The position numbers and the translations under genes are program-made. Below are positions 17,095 through 26,890 of a stretch of 36,980 nt of DNA, piece by piece. The stretch lies in the IMG/VR virus record IMGVR_UViG_3300035492_000302, positions 1-36,980 of that record, one strand, 5' to 3'. The notes beneath the pieces are model-generated. The model did not search any database and was not told the origin of the DNA. It worked only from the letters and a program-made list of their open reading frames with translations. The stretch is from a virus. Each line of letters opens with the position of its first letter. Within the stretch, counting starts at the first letter, position 1.

Positions 17095-17432
17095 ACTTGC
17101 CTGCCGATAGGAAAAGAGGCATTTATCGCACGGCCGTCACTGCGTGTGCCCTCGACAACGAGGGTCAACTCGGCACCATCGATTTTTTCGGTGTAGACGC
17201 GAGTCAACCGCACACGAGGCTCCCAGCGCATCAGGGCGGTGGCGCTGGCCGCGTACAGCTGCACATGTGTACGGGCATTGATCGGCGCGTCGATGAGTTC
17301 GGGCAATAAACTGCCATACTCTCGGCGTTCGATACGCGTGCCCAGTGGTGTGAGCAGGATGTCAAAAATTGATTGGCGAATATGATCCAGATCGCTAATC
17401 GGTTTGCCGGTTTGTGCGTTCATTCCGATCAT
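17091..17432 (-). CDS. W: Baseplate protein W (gp25-like)
   Basis: 113 aa. GKPISDLDHIRQSIFDILLTPLGTRIERREYGS is the GPW/gp25 motif. Confidence 0.85.
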   Translation of the reverse strand: MIGMNAQTGKPISDLDHIRQSIFDILLTPLGTRIERREYGSLLPELIDAPINARTHVQLYAASATALMRWEPRVRLTRVYTEKIDGAELTLVVEGTRSDGRAINASFPIGRQV

Positions 17433-18073
17433 TGCGGCCCCTCTGTCAAGGCACCGCCCTGAAGCACACCGCCGTGGACATGCAGATGCACCACGATGCC
17501 GTTCGATTCAAGATCGCCGTCTTTGTGGGTGATATTCCCGCTGATCGATGTGGCGTTGCCCTTGCCGTTTTTGCCGCTCATGCCAGCCAGGTAGGACAAG
17601 AGGCCTTCGATGGTGTGCTTTCCGGTCGAAGTGGTCTGATCGGCATCCAGAGTGATAGTTGGCACCTTGATGTGCACGTGCTCGCTGGCTTGAATGAACA
17701 GGGACTTGATGCCCGTGATGCTCATCGCGCCGGTGGCATGGTTGTGTTTCAGGTTGGCGCCATCAGGGAAATCGCAGACCGTTTCATCGGGGCTATCCGA
17801 GGGCGCAGGATGCTCGTCTTGAGAAAGACCGCCCAGAACCAAGGCGCCCGAAAGATCACCGCCCGGAGAAAGGAGTACCACCTGCTCACCGATGGTGGGC
17901 GGGTTCCAGGTGCGAGTGTCGCCGGCGCGCACTTCGAAGTAGCGCAACCATTGTGTCGTAATGCCGCCGGTCTTTACGCGCACGCGCGCAGGACGAACAT
18001 GCTTTACCTGGTCGATTCGGCCAAGGCGTATCATGTTCTCGAAGCGGCGTAAAAGTTCGGTCAGGTCTTTCAT
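17429..18073 (-). CDS. V: Baseplate spike protein V
   Basis: 214 aa starting MKDLTELLRRFENMIRLGRI..., the first gene of the V-W-J-I block. Confidence 0.85.
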   Translation of the reverse strand: MKDLTELLRRFENMIRLGRIDQVKHVRPARVRVKTGGITTQWLRYFEVRAGDTRTWNPPTIGEQVVLLSPGGDLSGALVLGGLSQDEHPAPSDSPDETVCDFPDGANLKHNHATGAMSITGIKSLFIQASEHVHIKVPTITLDADQTTSTGKHTIEGLLSYLAGMSGKNGKGNATSISGNITHKDGDLESNGIVVHLHVHGGVLQGGALTEGPQ

Positions 18074-18159
18074 GCGGGCAATGGTGCCGGTGGTTGTTCA
18101 TGTATGCAGCAAGGCTCGTGCCAGATGCCGGTCATTACCTATCGATGCGGTAATGCGCG

Positions 18160-18618
18160 CTATTTAGACGGGCTCAAGTAGGAAAGCAGTTCGTCGCGAA
18201 TTAGTTCAATGTCCTGGTCTGTCAGGCCAAGCAGCTCACGCGGCGGGGTCACATACGTGGTGCCTCGATGCCTGCGCTTAGACCCGTACTGATGGCGCCT
18301 GGCGATCACGGCAGCGCGCCCGCTAAAGCCCACTTCGATCGCATCAAGCCCGGCGTCAACACGCAAAAACTTGCGTGTGCGCAGCTTGGCAAACATGCTT
18401 TTTCTTCGGATATGGCCGGCTTTTTCCATGAATTTTTTGCTGCTCTTGGCGCGTGGCTGAAAAGCGCCGCCGTCCGGGTTTCTCTGTGCAGCGATGCGCC
18501 TTTGCTGTGAGCGGCGCAGCTGCTGGCCAACAGCTCGGGTAATGCGCTGGCGCTGCGCCGGGTCGGCTTTGGCTAAAAGCGCTCCAGCCCAGTCTTCTAG
18601 AGCCACCAGGTCTGTCAT
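18160..18618 (-). CDS. S: Tail completion / virion morphogenesis protein S
   Basis: Start M8 of ORF 18160..18639, with an ATGA overlap with the R stop. It is a basic, gpS-like protein. Confidence 0.75.
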   Translation of the reverse strand: MTDLVALEDWAGALLAKADPAQRQRITRAVGQQLRRSQQRRIAAQRNPDGGAFQPRAKSSKKFMEKAGHIRRKSMFAKLRTRKFLRVDAGLDAIEVGFSGRAAVIARRHQYGSKRRHRGTTYVTPPRELLGLTDQDIELIRDELLSYLSPSK

Positions 18619-19109
18619 AGCGCTGCCTTGACTTCCCACTCGCCCACAAGCTCATCGCGCACGTACAGTTGCCAATGCTCATTGACTAGAGGAAAGTCAG
18701 GATCAGGGGGCTCAGGCACATGCAAGGCCCTCAGGTCGCCCGGTTTATCCGGGTTGGCCGACACAAGCACGCGTTCGGTCAGATCCAACTCAAGCGACAG
18801 ATCAAACGTCTGCTGGTTCAAGAACTCGACTTCAAAGCGGATGGCACCCTGGCGCTTTTGGGCGTTAGTCATCAGATCAGGCTGGTTCACGCGCAGCCAG
18901 GCCAGCAGCGGCACCATGATGGCGTCAGGGTGCCCGGAAAAGTCCGTGAGCACCACATTCAGGGTGTACTGATACTCAAACGACAGGCTTAGCGACCCGG
19001 TGCTGACAATGCGACCGGCATCAGCAAAAACGTGGATCCTGTCCGGATTCTTTCGCAGCGTCGGGTTGGCGGCCACCAGGTGATCGCGCAAGCTCTTGGG
19101 TTTAATCAT
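18615..19109 (-). CDS. R: Tail completion protein R
   Basis: 164 aa. Its position between the lysis genes and S matches P2. Confidence 0.75.
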   Translation of the reverse strand: MIKPKSLRDHLVAANPTLRKNPDRIHVFADAGRIVSTGSLSLSFEYQYTLNVVLTDFSGHPDAIMVPLLAWLRVNQPDLMTNAQKRQGAIRFEVEFLNQQTFDLSLELDLTERVLVSANPDKPGDLRALHVPEPPDPDFPLVNEHWQLYVRDELVGEWEVKAAL

Positions 19110-19629
19110 GACCGGCCTCGATCGCGCGTGACCAGCCGGCGGCTAGTCGGAGTCTGTTGGCGAGCTCGTCAGCATCTTTTGCCACGCTCTCATATTCTCG
19201 GCGGCATGCTTCGAGTACCACCCAGGGGGCTTGAGCGGCATCGATATTTCCGGCGGAGGACTGGGCCAACTGGCGGGCTTTATTTCGCTCGGCGGCGATG
19301 AGACGGCGCAGCCGGTCAGACTCATCGCGAGCAGTATCAAGAGCCAGCGCCGTTTCCTGCTGTGCCCGAAGGTAGTTTTCACGTTCTTTCTCCATTTCGC
19401 GCTGTCGCAGCTGCTCAAGCTCCCGATAGCGCGCCTCGATCTGGCGGGCATTGCGTTCAATGGCGACCATTTGGGTGGCTACGTCTTCGCGCAACTGGCT
19501 GATCCTCGCCTGGTGACGCCAGTTTTGTACGGCCCAGACGCCAGAGGCCACCGCCAGCGTGACACTAATGGCGAGATACAACGGCAGCCTAGCCGTCAGA
19601 ATCGATCGGATCAGCATCGCGCACCTCAA
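19102..19629 (-). CDS. i-spanin (Rz-like)
   Basis: An N-terminal TM segment (LPLYLAISVTLAVASGVWAV) is followed by a long coiled coil. An o-spanin gene is embedded in it. Confidence 0.75.
   Translation of the reverse strand: MRCAMLIRSILTARLPLYLAISVTLAVASGVWAVQNWRHQARISQLREDVATQMVAIERNARQIEARYRELEQLRQREMEKERENYLRAQQETALALDTARDESDRLRRLIAAERNKARQLAQSSAGNIDAAQAPWVVLEACRREYESVAKDADELANRLRLAAGWSRAIEAGHD
19143..19382 (-). CDS. o-spanin (Rz1-like lipoprotein), embedded in the i-spanin gene
   Basis: An alternate frame inside Rz has the lipobox LLAMSLTG|C followed by a Pro-rich mature part. The proposed GTG start at 19382 has a GGAGAAAG SD 4-5 nt upstream. Confidence 0.65.
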   Translation of the reverse strand: MKTTFGHSRKRRWLLILLAMSLTGCAVSSPPSEIKPASWPSPPPEISMPLKPPGWYSKHAAENMRAWQKMLTSSPTDSD

Positions 19630-20029
19630 GCCAGACAGACTGGCGATTCAATCTGGCCAGCATTTCCTTTAAAGCAGCCTTACTGGCCAACACGGCGTTT
19701 TGCCGATAGAGCTGGCCACGGCGCAGGCCCACAAGAATGCAGCCATCTGAATCGGTCTTAAAGCCCTTCTTCCTGTCGCCTGCCAGATTGCCCGCATGAA
19801 AAAGGATGGCCGAGCGCCCCTTGACCTCGCGCACCCAGTACGTCATGCCGAACTTTGGCGAGACATGGGCCATGGCCTTGTAGGTACCGGCAGGTATACG
19901 CGAAAGACCGCGCCAGTTGTCGCGCCAGGGAAGCTCGATGGTCTGACACTGCCAGCCATCGGGCAGGGTCAGCACGCCGTACGTTCCTTGGTCGGTTCCC
20001 TGTTCGCGCACCAGGGTCATGGTAGGCAT
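19589..20029 (-). CDS. Putative endolysin (peptidase-like; H...SDGC motif)
   Basis: Internal start M40 of ORF 19589..20146. It lies between the holin and the spanins. AILFHAGN...SDGCILVG resembles a YkuD-like H/GC active-site pattern. The family assignment is uncertain. Confidence 0.45.
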   Translation of the reverse strand: MPTMTLVREQGTDQGTYGVLTLPDGWQCQTIELPWRDNWRGLSRIPAGTYKAMAHVSPKFGMTYWVREVKGRSAILFHAGNLAGDRKKGFKTDSDGCILVGLRRGQLYRQNAVLASKAALKEMLARLNRQSVWLEVRDADPIDSDG

Positions 20030-20040
20030 GTCTGTCTGGC

Positions 20041-20466
20041 TCACTTCTCGCCCCTGAAGGCACGCAACGCGTCGGCCAGCCAGTCGCCGGCATCCTCGTT
20101 TTGCAAGCGTGAGGTCCAGCGAATGTAGCCGCCGATAATCCACCATGACGGCAAGCCGGCGATGAGCATGCAGGGCCCAAGCACGTAAAACATGCTCAGA
20201 CTCGGGTACTCAAAGCCGCTTAAGCTGGCCAGCCAGTGTGCCGAATCAAGAACGCCAGGCGCCCAGGCGATCAGCAGCGCAGCCAACAATGGCCCGAAAA
20301 TAAACGAACACACCACCGTCGTGCAGATCCGTATGACGAACTCGCGCGTGGTTCGTGGGGGCATGATGAGCAGGCCCCAAATAGCGGCGAGCGCCGCTGG
20401 CACCCCGAATCCGGCTGCGATTTTTAGGGCGGCCCAGCCTGCGCCGGCTCCTGATCCTGGTTCCAT
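20041..20466 (-). CDS. Putative holin (multi-TM membrane protein)
   Basis: I chose M28 of ORF 20041..20547, which has a GGAAGG SD 8 nt upstream. It has three to four hydrophobic segments and is the first gene of the lysis cassette after X. Confidence 0.6.
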   Translation of the reverse strand: MEPGSGAGAGWAALKIAAGFGVPAALAAIWGLLIMPPRTTREFVIRICTTVVCSFIFGPLLAALLIAWAPGVLDSAHWLASLSGFEYPSLSMFYVLGPCMLIAGLPSWWIIGGYIRWTSRLQNEDAGDWLADALRAFRGEK

Positions 20467-20537
20467 GTGCATTCCCTTCCTGTTGTCTATGGTTGATGTT
20501 CTCGCGATGCGTTGCATAAAACCTCCGCTGCAAGTGG

Positions 20538-20744
20538 TTAATCCCAAAGCCGCACGACCGGTACGTTGACCGGCTCAGGATTGATCTCGGGCAGAATCAC
20601 GGGCGTACCATGAGCCAGTATCGGACCCTGTTCAAGTGCGGCTGGGTTCAGTTCAATGGCCTTTTCCACCATGCCGCGCGTCTTGCGCAAATAGCGCCAG
20701 CAGATGGCATCAAGGGTGTCGTTTTGTTGTGCGTAGACCAGCAT
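20538..20744 (-). CDS. X: Tail protein X
   Basis: 68 aa; MLVYAQQNDTLDAICWRYL...GTPVILPEI is gpX-like (LysM-type). Confidence 0.85.
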   Translation of the reverse strand: MLVYAQQNDTLDAICWRYLRKTRGMVEKAIELNPAALEQGPILAHGTPVILPEINPEPVNVPVVRLWD

Positions 20745-21226
20745 CAGATCAGCTCCACAGTCAGGTGGGCTCGACCTACTATGTCCAGCACGGCCCAGCG
20801 GGCATTTCGGCGAGCGTCCGAGATCGAATCGGCAAGCTCATCGGCAAGACGGTCTCCGGCGCCGGTCGTATCAAAATCGCGATACCGCTCAATCAGGTCA
20901 GCGCGTGCGGCGTAGTAAACGGCGCGCTTGTAGTGGCTAAGCAAAACGCTGGCTTCGTTGATCTGCGCCGCCGGCACCAGGTCAAGACTCGTATAGCCCG
21001 CATCGATCTGCGCCTGTTTCCAATCGGCCAGATCGCGATTGGTCAGCGCCATTGCCACAACGATGGATTCAAGCAGACGATCATTGCTTACGGTGCCATC
21101 GAGCCGAACGACCCGGCGCACGTCGCTCAGATCGACATCAGGAAAGAAGCCGTCGTTTTTTACTGGCTGCGGTTCCTGACTCTCGACCCACTGGTGCTGG
21201 GGTTCGGTAGTGGCCATAAAGCTCAC
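20744..21226 (-). CDS. L: Head completion protein L
   Basis: 160 aa, between M and X; gpL-like. Confidence 0.8.
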   Translation of the reverse strand: MSFMATTEPQHQWVESQEPQPVKNDGFFPDVDLSDVRRVVRLDGTVSNDRLLESIVVAMALTNRDLADWKQAQIDAGYTSLDLVPAAQINEASVLLSHYKRAVYYAARADLIERYRDFDTTGAGDRLADELADSISDARRNARWAVLDIVGRAHLTVELI

Positions 21227-21322
21227 TGCAATCTCCTGAAGTCGGCGGTGGGCGGGCTTCGGGTCTGGAAAAGGAGGAAACCAAACCGTCAGCCCGCGCC
21301 GCCGTGCGCCGTGGGGTGCTCG

Positions 21323-21991
21323 TTACGCCGGCAAAGATCCGGCTTTTTTCAGTTCTGTTTCAATCGAAGTGATTTCGCGCTTGACGCCGCTTCGTTCGTC
21401 CAGGTCCAGGGCTCTGCGAAGGTTGGCCAAGGCGCGCTCCGGGTCTGCCTGGCGCAAGCAAAGGCCAGCAGCTTTGTACAGTTTGGCTTTCGCCTGGTCG
21501 GGCATGTCGCGCTCGGCAAGCATGCTGAGCGCCCGCTCAATCACAGCCGTTTCAAAATGGCCGTTTTCAAGGCGCAAGGCACTCAAGGCGGCATCGCCGA
21601 TTTCATCGGCCAGCATCGTTGGTACGTCGCGGTTGTACTGATCGGGAAGCGTCAGGCCATGGTCAATGACGTACTGCGCGACATCAAGACCGCGTTCGTA
21701 GTCGCCCACATCGATATACCAGACAAGCACACTGGTCAAAACATCATCCTGACCGCCTCGGCCAGACTCCAGCACCCCGGTTACCCAGGCCTCGTAGTCG
21801 GGCAGCAGCTCGCGCTTGACCTCAATCTTGCGCTCAATCGATTGGACGTCCTTGAGGCGCTGACGGTCGGTGTGCAGCTTGGCAAGCATAAGTTCGTAGG
21901 CATTGCCCTGCGGCTGGTCGCCTGGCTCAGACCGGGCGGCGAGCGAGCCCGCCATTACCCGCTGAAAGTGTCGTTGTGCTGGGCTAACCAT
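21323..21991 (-). CDS. M: Terminase small (endonuclease) subunit M
   Basis: 222 aa, downstream of N; gpM-like order and length. Confidence 0.8.
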   Translation of the reverse strand: MVSPAQRHFQRVMAGSLAARSEPGDQPQGNAYELMLAKLHTDRQRLKDVQSIERKIEVKRELLPDYEAWVTGVLESGRGGQDDVLTSVLVWYIDVGDYERGLDVAQYVIDHGLTLPDQYNRDVPTMLADEIGDAALSALRLENGHFETAVIERALSMLAERDMPDQAKAKLYKAAGLCLRQADPERALANLRRALDLDERSGVKREITSIETELKKAGSLPA

Positions 21992-21996
21992 AGTCG

Positions 21997-23022
21997 TCAG
22001 ACTCCGCCGGTATCGGCAGTAATTTCGATGTTTTCAAGCAGGCAGCCTGCACCGAAGTCCTCGACGACGTACGCATCGTTTGAGGACTCGTAGTTCTCGA
22101 TTCGGTCTCGACGTGGGTTGTCCATGATGTGGCGCCGGCGTGCGCCGATCTGGTAGTAGATCGACAAATTATCCAGCGGGGTGATCATGATGGTCTTGGC
22201 CGGGAAGAACGGCACGGCTACAGCGGTCAAACCGCCAAGGCGCTTCTGGCTCATAATGACCTGGGCGGCCAGTGTGTCGGTTGGCTTGTGATCGGCGTCG
22301 ATCAATGTGAAGTACTTCTCGTGCAGCAAATCGCGTGAAACCAGCGCCACCAGGCCTGGGCTCTGGCGATGCCAGGGGTCAATCAATGAGGCTACTGCGT
22401 CAAACACCAAGGCGTCCAGGTTCTTGTAGTCGCCGGCGCTGCCGATCGCGATTTTGCCACTGGCCGGCACCACTTCGGCAAGCACACGCGCCGGCGCAGA
22501 CTCACGATAGTGCTGCAACCAACCTTTGTTTACGTCTTGCAAAAGCGGGTTCGTGGTTCGGTTCGATGTGGGCGCGCGCGAGGTTCCGTTAAAACCGACC
22601 ATCATGCGGTCAAGCGACTGGCGCAGCAAAATAGCATCGCGCATGCGCGCCTGAAAATCGGGAAACTTGGCCCACGCATCGATTTTTGCGTATCGAACGT
22701 GCGTGTCATAGTTCATCTGGGTGCAGTTGTAAGGCTGATCATCCAGGGTGGATGGGTCGGTTGTTTGGCGATCGGTCGTGGTTGTGTCGGTAGTGCCGGC
22801 AATGGTGCTGCCAATGCCCAGCCCGAGCTTTTCGCCCTGCTGCTCGCGCACGCCGATAATGTTGATTCGCCCAAGGAACTCGTTGGACTCTTGCAGTTTG
22901 GTTTCTAAGCGCTGCTGAACCGAGGGTTCTACAGTGAATTGCGTGTTGGCGTCAGGGATGCCGTTGAGCTTGGCTACTTGCTCGACATAGGCGTTGAACG
23001 CGGCGCGGGTATCGTTATGCAT
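21997..23022 (-). CDS. N: Major capsid protein N
   Basis: 341 aa, between O and M; P2-family capsid length and order. Confidence 0.85.
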   Translation of the reverse strand: MHNDTRAAFNAYVEQVAKLNGIPDANTQFTVEPSVQQRLETKLQESNEFLGRINIIGVREQQGEKLGLGIGSTIAGTTDTTTTDRQTTDPSTLDDQPYNCTQMNYDTHVRYAKIDAWAKFPDFQARMRDAILLRQSLDRMMVGFNGTSRAPTSNRTTNPLLQDVNKGWLQHYRESAPARVLAEVVPASGKIAIGSAGDYKNLDALVFDAVASLIDPWHRQSPGLVALVSRDLLHEKYFTLIDADHKPTDTLAAQVIMSQKRLGGLTAVAVPFFPAKTIMITPLDNLSIYYQIGARRRHIMDNPRRDRIENYESSNDAYVVEDFGAGCLLENIEITADTGGV

Positions 23023-23058
23023 TCGGTGCTCCGGGTAGTGATAGGTGTCTGTCGGTGA

Positions 23059-23922
23059 TCAGATGTCGGTCAGAATCGCGCCGGTGCCGCCACTGGAAAG
23101 CGGGCGTTTCGGCTGATCATCCGGTGTCTTTTCGAGCCTCTGACGAAACTCGCGAAACTCTTTGGCCAGGGTCTCAATTTCTTTGCTTACATCGACATCG
23201 GCGACCGGCGTGGCTGACGCTGTGTTCTTGAATTTGCGCAGTTGCTCATCGAGCTGGCCAACATGCTCGGTCAAGGCCTCAATGGCTTCGTAAAGATCGT
23301 CTAAGTTCTCATCGGCCTGGGCGCGACTGGCGCGGCTAAAGCGTGCAAGCATTTCCTTGACGCGATCAGCGATTCCCGAGGGCTCCTCGTCCTCGCTGAA
23401 CTCAAGCGTGGCCTCCAGGGCTTCAGAGAAAAGGCAATCTTGCGAAGTCTTGCGAGCGGAAAAAGGCGACGCCTCAGGCTTTTGGCGTGCAAACTCAAGC
23501 ATCTGGGTACCCAAAGACGCGGGGCTGTCGGTCACCGCCAGGCCGGTCAGGTAGGCTTTACCAGTCTCAGCAAATTTGGGGGCTACCTCGATCGATGTGT
23601 AGATTTTCTGACGCTTTTTGTTGATCTCGATCAGCTCAGGCGTGGGGGAGATTTGCGCGAACAGCGCAAGCTTTCCTTCTTCGACTTCTCGGGCTTCAAG
23701 GGCAAGCACATCACCATAGGCGCGAAAGTCGCTGTCAGGGTAAATGCCGCGAATGTGCTCAAGCCAAATGCGCGCACCATAGGTCTGGGGGTCATACGTG
23801 TTGGCCATCTGCTCGATCCAGTCACGCTGGATGTGGCGGCCGTCAGTGCTTGCACCTTCGGTGGCTACGCGGAACCACTTGGATTTGAACTTCTTGGCCT
23901 GGGGGGATTGAGGTTTTTTCAT
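23059..23922 (-). CDS. O: Capsid scaffolding protein O
   Basis: Internal start M36 of ORF 23059..24027: MKKPQSPQAKKFKSKWFRVATEGASTDGR is a gpO-like N-terminus. It is divergent from P. Confidence 0.8.
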   Translation of the reverse strand: MKKPQSPQAKKFKSKWFRVATEGASTDGRHIQRDWIEQMANTYDPQTYGARIWLEHIRGIYPDSDFRAYGDVLALEAREVEEGKLALFAQISPTPELIEINKKRQKIYTSIEVAPKFAETGKAYLTGLAVTDSPASLGTQMLEFARQKPEASPFSARKTSQDCLFSEALEATLEFSEDEEPSGIADRVKEMLARFSRASRAQADENLDDLYEAIEALTEHVGQLDEQLRKFKNTASATPVADVDVSKEIETLAKEFREFRQRLEKTPDDQPKRPLSSGGTGAILTDI

Positions 23923-24103
23923 GGGGCAGTCCTGGACAATGACATGGGCAAGTAAGCGCCGGCGGCCTAGGTGGCCGTTGTGTACATAGTTGTGCAGGAT
24001 GGTCGCGGTTAGGCCGCAGTGGCTCAACCCGTGATCGCGGTTTTGTCAGTCATTACCTAAGCGCCAGAGGGAAAGGTGTACGGCGGGCAAAGACAATGCG
24101 GGC

Positions 24104-25864
24104 ATGCTTGAATCGATGCCCCCGCCCCAACATGACAACCGACGACTGGCCCGTTTTCTTTATTTTCAGGGCTGGCGCATCTCGTCGATCGCCGAATACT
24201 TGGGCGAGGCGCGCACGACCGTTTCAAGCTGGAAAGAGCGCGATGACTGGGAAAAGGTGCCGCCGGTCGAGCGTATCGAGCTGGCACTTGAAGCAAGGCT
24301 TGTCCAGCTGATCGTCAAGCCGGAAAAAACCGGCGGAGACTATAAAGAAATCGATTTGCTGGGTCGCCAGGCCGAACGTTTGGCAAGGATACGTCGGTAC
24401 AACAACGGTGGCAATGAACTTGATCTGAACCCGAAAATCGCCTCACGCAACGCCTCGCCCAAGCGCAAGTACATGCGCAACGAGTTCAGCGAAGAGCAGG
24501 CCCAGAAGCTGTCAGACGCTTTCCGTGATTCGCTTTTTGACTACCAGAAAGTGTGGCTGCGCAACAGCAGCCAGCGCACCCGGGTCATCCTAAAAAGCCG
24601 ACAGATCGGGGCCACCTGGTACTTTGCCCGCGAGGCGCTGGCTGACGCCATCGAGACGGGCCGCAATCAGATCTTTCTTTCGGCCTCCAAGGCGCAGGCG
24701 CACGTTTTCAAACAGTACATCGTGCAGTTCGCCCGCGAAGCGGCCGACGTCGATCTAAAGGGCGATCCTATTGTTTTATGGAATGGCGCGCACCTCTATT
24801 TTCTAGGCACCAATGCGCGCACGGCCCAGGGCTACCACGGAAATTTTTACTTCGACGAATTTTTCTGGACGAACAAGTTTCAAGAGTTGAACAAAGTGGC
24901 CAGCGGCATGGCCATGCACAAGAAGTGGCGCAAAACCTACTTCAGCACACCCAGCAGCACCAGCCACGAGGCCTACCCATTCTGGAACGGAGAAATGTTC
25001 AACAAGCGCCGGCAAAAGGCCGATAAGCGGTTGTTTGATGTATCGCACCAAGCACTGGCTGGCGGGCGCGTGTGCCCTGACCAGGTGTGGCGCCAGATCG
25101 TCACCATCATGGATGCCGAGGCCGGAGGTTGCGACCTTTTCGACATCGATGAGCTGCGCAACTATGAGTACAGCCCGGAAGATTTTCAGAACTTGTTGAT
25201 GTGCCATTTCATCGACGATACGGCCTCGATATTTTCTTTTTCCGAACTGCAGCGCTGCATGGTCGACTCCTGGGAAGAGTGGTCGGATTTCAAGCCGTTT
25301 GCTATACGCCCGGCAGGTCACCGAGCAGTGTGGATCGGCTACGACCCGTCACACACTGGTGACAGTGCGGGTCTAGTGGTGGTGCTTCCCCCGGGCATCA
25401 CAGGAGGCAAGTTTCGCGTGATCGAGCGCCACCAGTTTCGGGGCCTGGACTTTGCTGCGCAGGCCGAATTCATTGAGGGTCTGACAAAAAAATACAACGT
25501 GCAATACATCGGTATCGACTCGACCGGCCTTGGCCAGGGCGTTCTGCAGCTGGTCAGACAGTTCTACCCGGGGGTGCGCGAGCTGAACTACTCGCCCGAA
25601 GTAAAAACCCGCCTGGTGCTCAAGGCCAAAGACGTTATCAGTAAAGGGCGCCTGGAGTTCGATGCCGGATGGACCGATATGTGTCAGTCGTTCATGACCA
25701 TACGCAAAACGCTCACGGCCAGCGGGCGCAAGGTCACCTACGACGCCAGCCGTAACGAAGAAACCGGCCACGCCGACCTGGCCTGGGCATGCATGCACGC
25801 ACTCGATAACGAGCCGCTTGAGGGCAGCTCGGGACACAACAGAAGCTTTATGGAGATCTCCTGA
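24104..25864 (+). CDS. P: Terminase large (ATPase) subunit P
   Basis: 586 aa. RRLARFLYFQGWRISSIAEYLG...SSWKERDDW is a gpP-like N-terminus. The start could instead be M5 at 24116. Confidence 0.9.
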   Translation: MLESMPPPQHDNRRLARFLYFQGWRISSIAEYLGEARTTVSSWKERDDWEKVPPVERIELALEARLVQLIVKPEKTGGDYKEIDLLGRQAERLARIRRYNNGGNELDLNPKIASRNASPKRKYMRNEFSEEQAQKLSDAFRDSLFDYQKVWLRNSSQRTRVILKSRQIGATWYFAREALADAIETGRNQIFLSASKAQAHVFKQYIVQFAREAADVDLKGDPIVLWNGAHLYFLGTNARTAQGYHGNFYFDEFFWTNKFQELNKVASGMAMHKKWRKTYFSTPSSTSHEAYPFWNGEMFNKRRQKADKRLFDVSHQALAGGRVCPDQVWRQIVTIMDAEAGGCDLFDIDELRNYEYSPEDFQNLLMCHFIDDTASIFSFSELQRCMVDSWEEWSDFKPFAIRPAGHRAVWIGYDPSHTGDSAGLVVVLPPGITGGKFRVIERHQFRGLDFAAQAEFIEGLTKKYNVQYIGIDSTGLGQGVLQLVRQFYPGVRELNYSPEVKTRLVLKAKDVISKGRLEFDAGWTDMCQSFMTIRKTLTASGRKVTYDASRNEETGHADLAWACMHALDNEPLEGSSGHNRSFMEIS

Positions 25865-26874
25865 TGCAACAAACAGAATCAACGCCTCACATCGAGGCCT
25901 TCACCTTCGGGGATCCGGAATCTGTTCTGGACCGCTCGCAAATCATGGACTACATAGAGGCCTGGTCTAACGGTAAATGGTACGAGCCCCCGATCAGCTT
26001 TGACGGTCTGGCCAAGTCGTTTCGCTCCAGCCCGCACCACTCATCGGCCATCTATGTGAAGCGCAACATACTGTCTTCAACGTTCATACCGCACAAACTG
26101 CTCAATCGAGACACGTTCTCGCGCTACGCCACCGATTATCTGGTTTTCGGCAACGCCTACCTGGAAAAACGCAACAGCCTGGCGCAAAGCACCCTGATGC
26201 TGGAGCACTCGTTGGCCAAGTACATGCGCCGCGGCGTCGACCTGCAAACCTACTACTTCGCACACAGCTGGGGCAAAGAGCATGAGTTCAAGCCAGGCAG
26301 CATCTTTCACCTGCGCGAGCCAGATATCAATCAGGAAATTTACGGGCTGCCCGAATACTTGGGCGCGCTGCATTCGGCCTGGTTGAACGAGTCGGCCACG
26401 CTATTCAGGCGCAAGTACTACAAAAACGGATCGCACGCCGGATACATCCTGTATGTGACAGATGCGGCGCACGACATGAAAGACATCGACGGCCTTAGAA
26501 AGGCTGTGAAGGAAAGCAAGGGGCCAGGGAACTTTCGCAACCTTTTTATGTACGCGCCTGGCGGCAAAAAAGAAGGAATCCAGGTCATCCCGTTGTCCGA
26601 GGTGGCCGCCAAGGATGAGTTCTTCAACATCAAGGCAGTGACCCGCGACGATCTGCTGGCGGCGCACAGGGTGCCGCCTCAGCTGCTGGGCATCGTGCCC
26701 AACAACGTTGGCGGTTTTGGCGATGTAGAAAAAGCGGCCCAGGTATTCGTCCGCAACGAGCTTGGCCCGCTTCAATCACGAATGAAACAACTTAACGAAT
26801 GGCTGGGTGAAGAAGTGGTGCGCTTCGAGCCGTACACCATCGTGCCTCCCGCTCAGGAAACGCCAATCATTTGA
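25864..26874 (+). CDS. Q: Portal protein Q
   Basis: 336 aa, with a TGATG overlap with P. It resembles P2/PBSX-family portal proteins. Confidence 0.9.
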   Translation: MQQTESTPHIEAFTFGDPESVLDRSQIMDYIEAWSNGKWYEPPISFDGLAKSFRSSPHHSSAIYVKRNILSSTFIPHKLLNRDTFSRYATDYLVFGNAYLEKRNSLAQSTLMLEHSLAKYMRRGVDLQTYYFAHSWGKEHEFKPGSIFHLREPDINQEIYGLPEYLGALHSAWLNESATLFRRKYYKNGSHAGYILYVTDAAHDMKDIDGLRKAVKESKGPGNFRNLFMYAPGGKKEGIQVIPLSEVAAKDEFFNIKAVTRDDLLAAHRVPPQLLGIVPNNVGGFGDVEKAAQVFVRNELGPLQSRMKQLNEWLGEEVVRFEPYTIVPPAQETPII

Positions 26875-26890
26875 CCCGGCGAAAAAGCAA

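Noticed and set aside
20636-22093. 485-aa plus-strand ORF antisense to L and M, and similar long antisense ORFs (4973..5755, 9010..9792, 35344..36207 and others)
   Set aside because: These are shadow ORFs, typical of GC-rich DNA. They lie opposite recognisable P2-family structural genes, and their sequences are R/A/G/P-rich and low in complexity.
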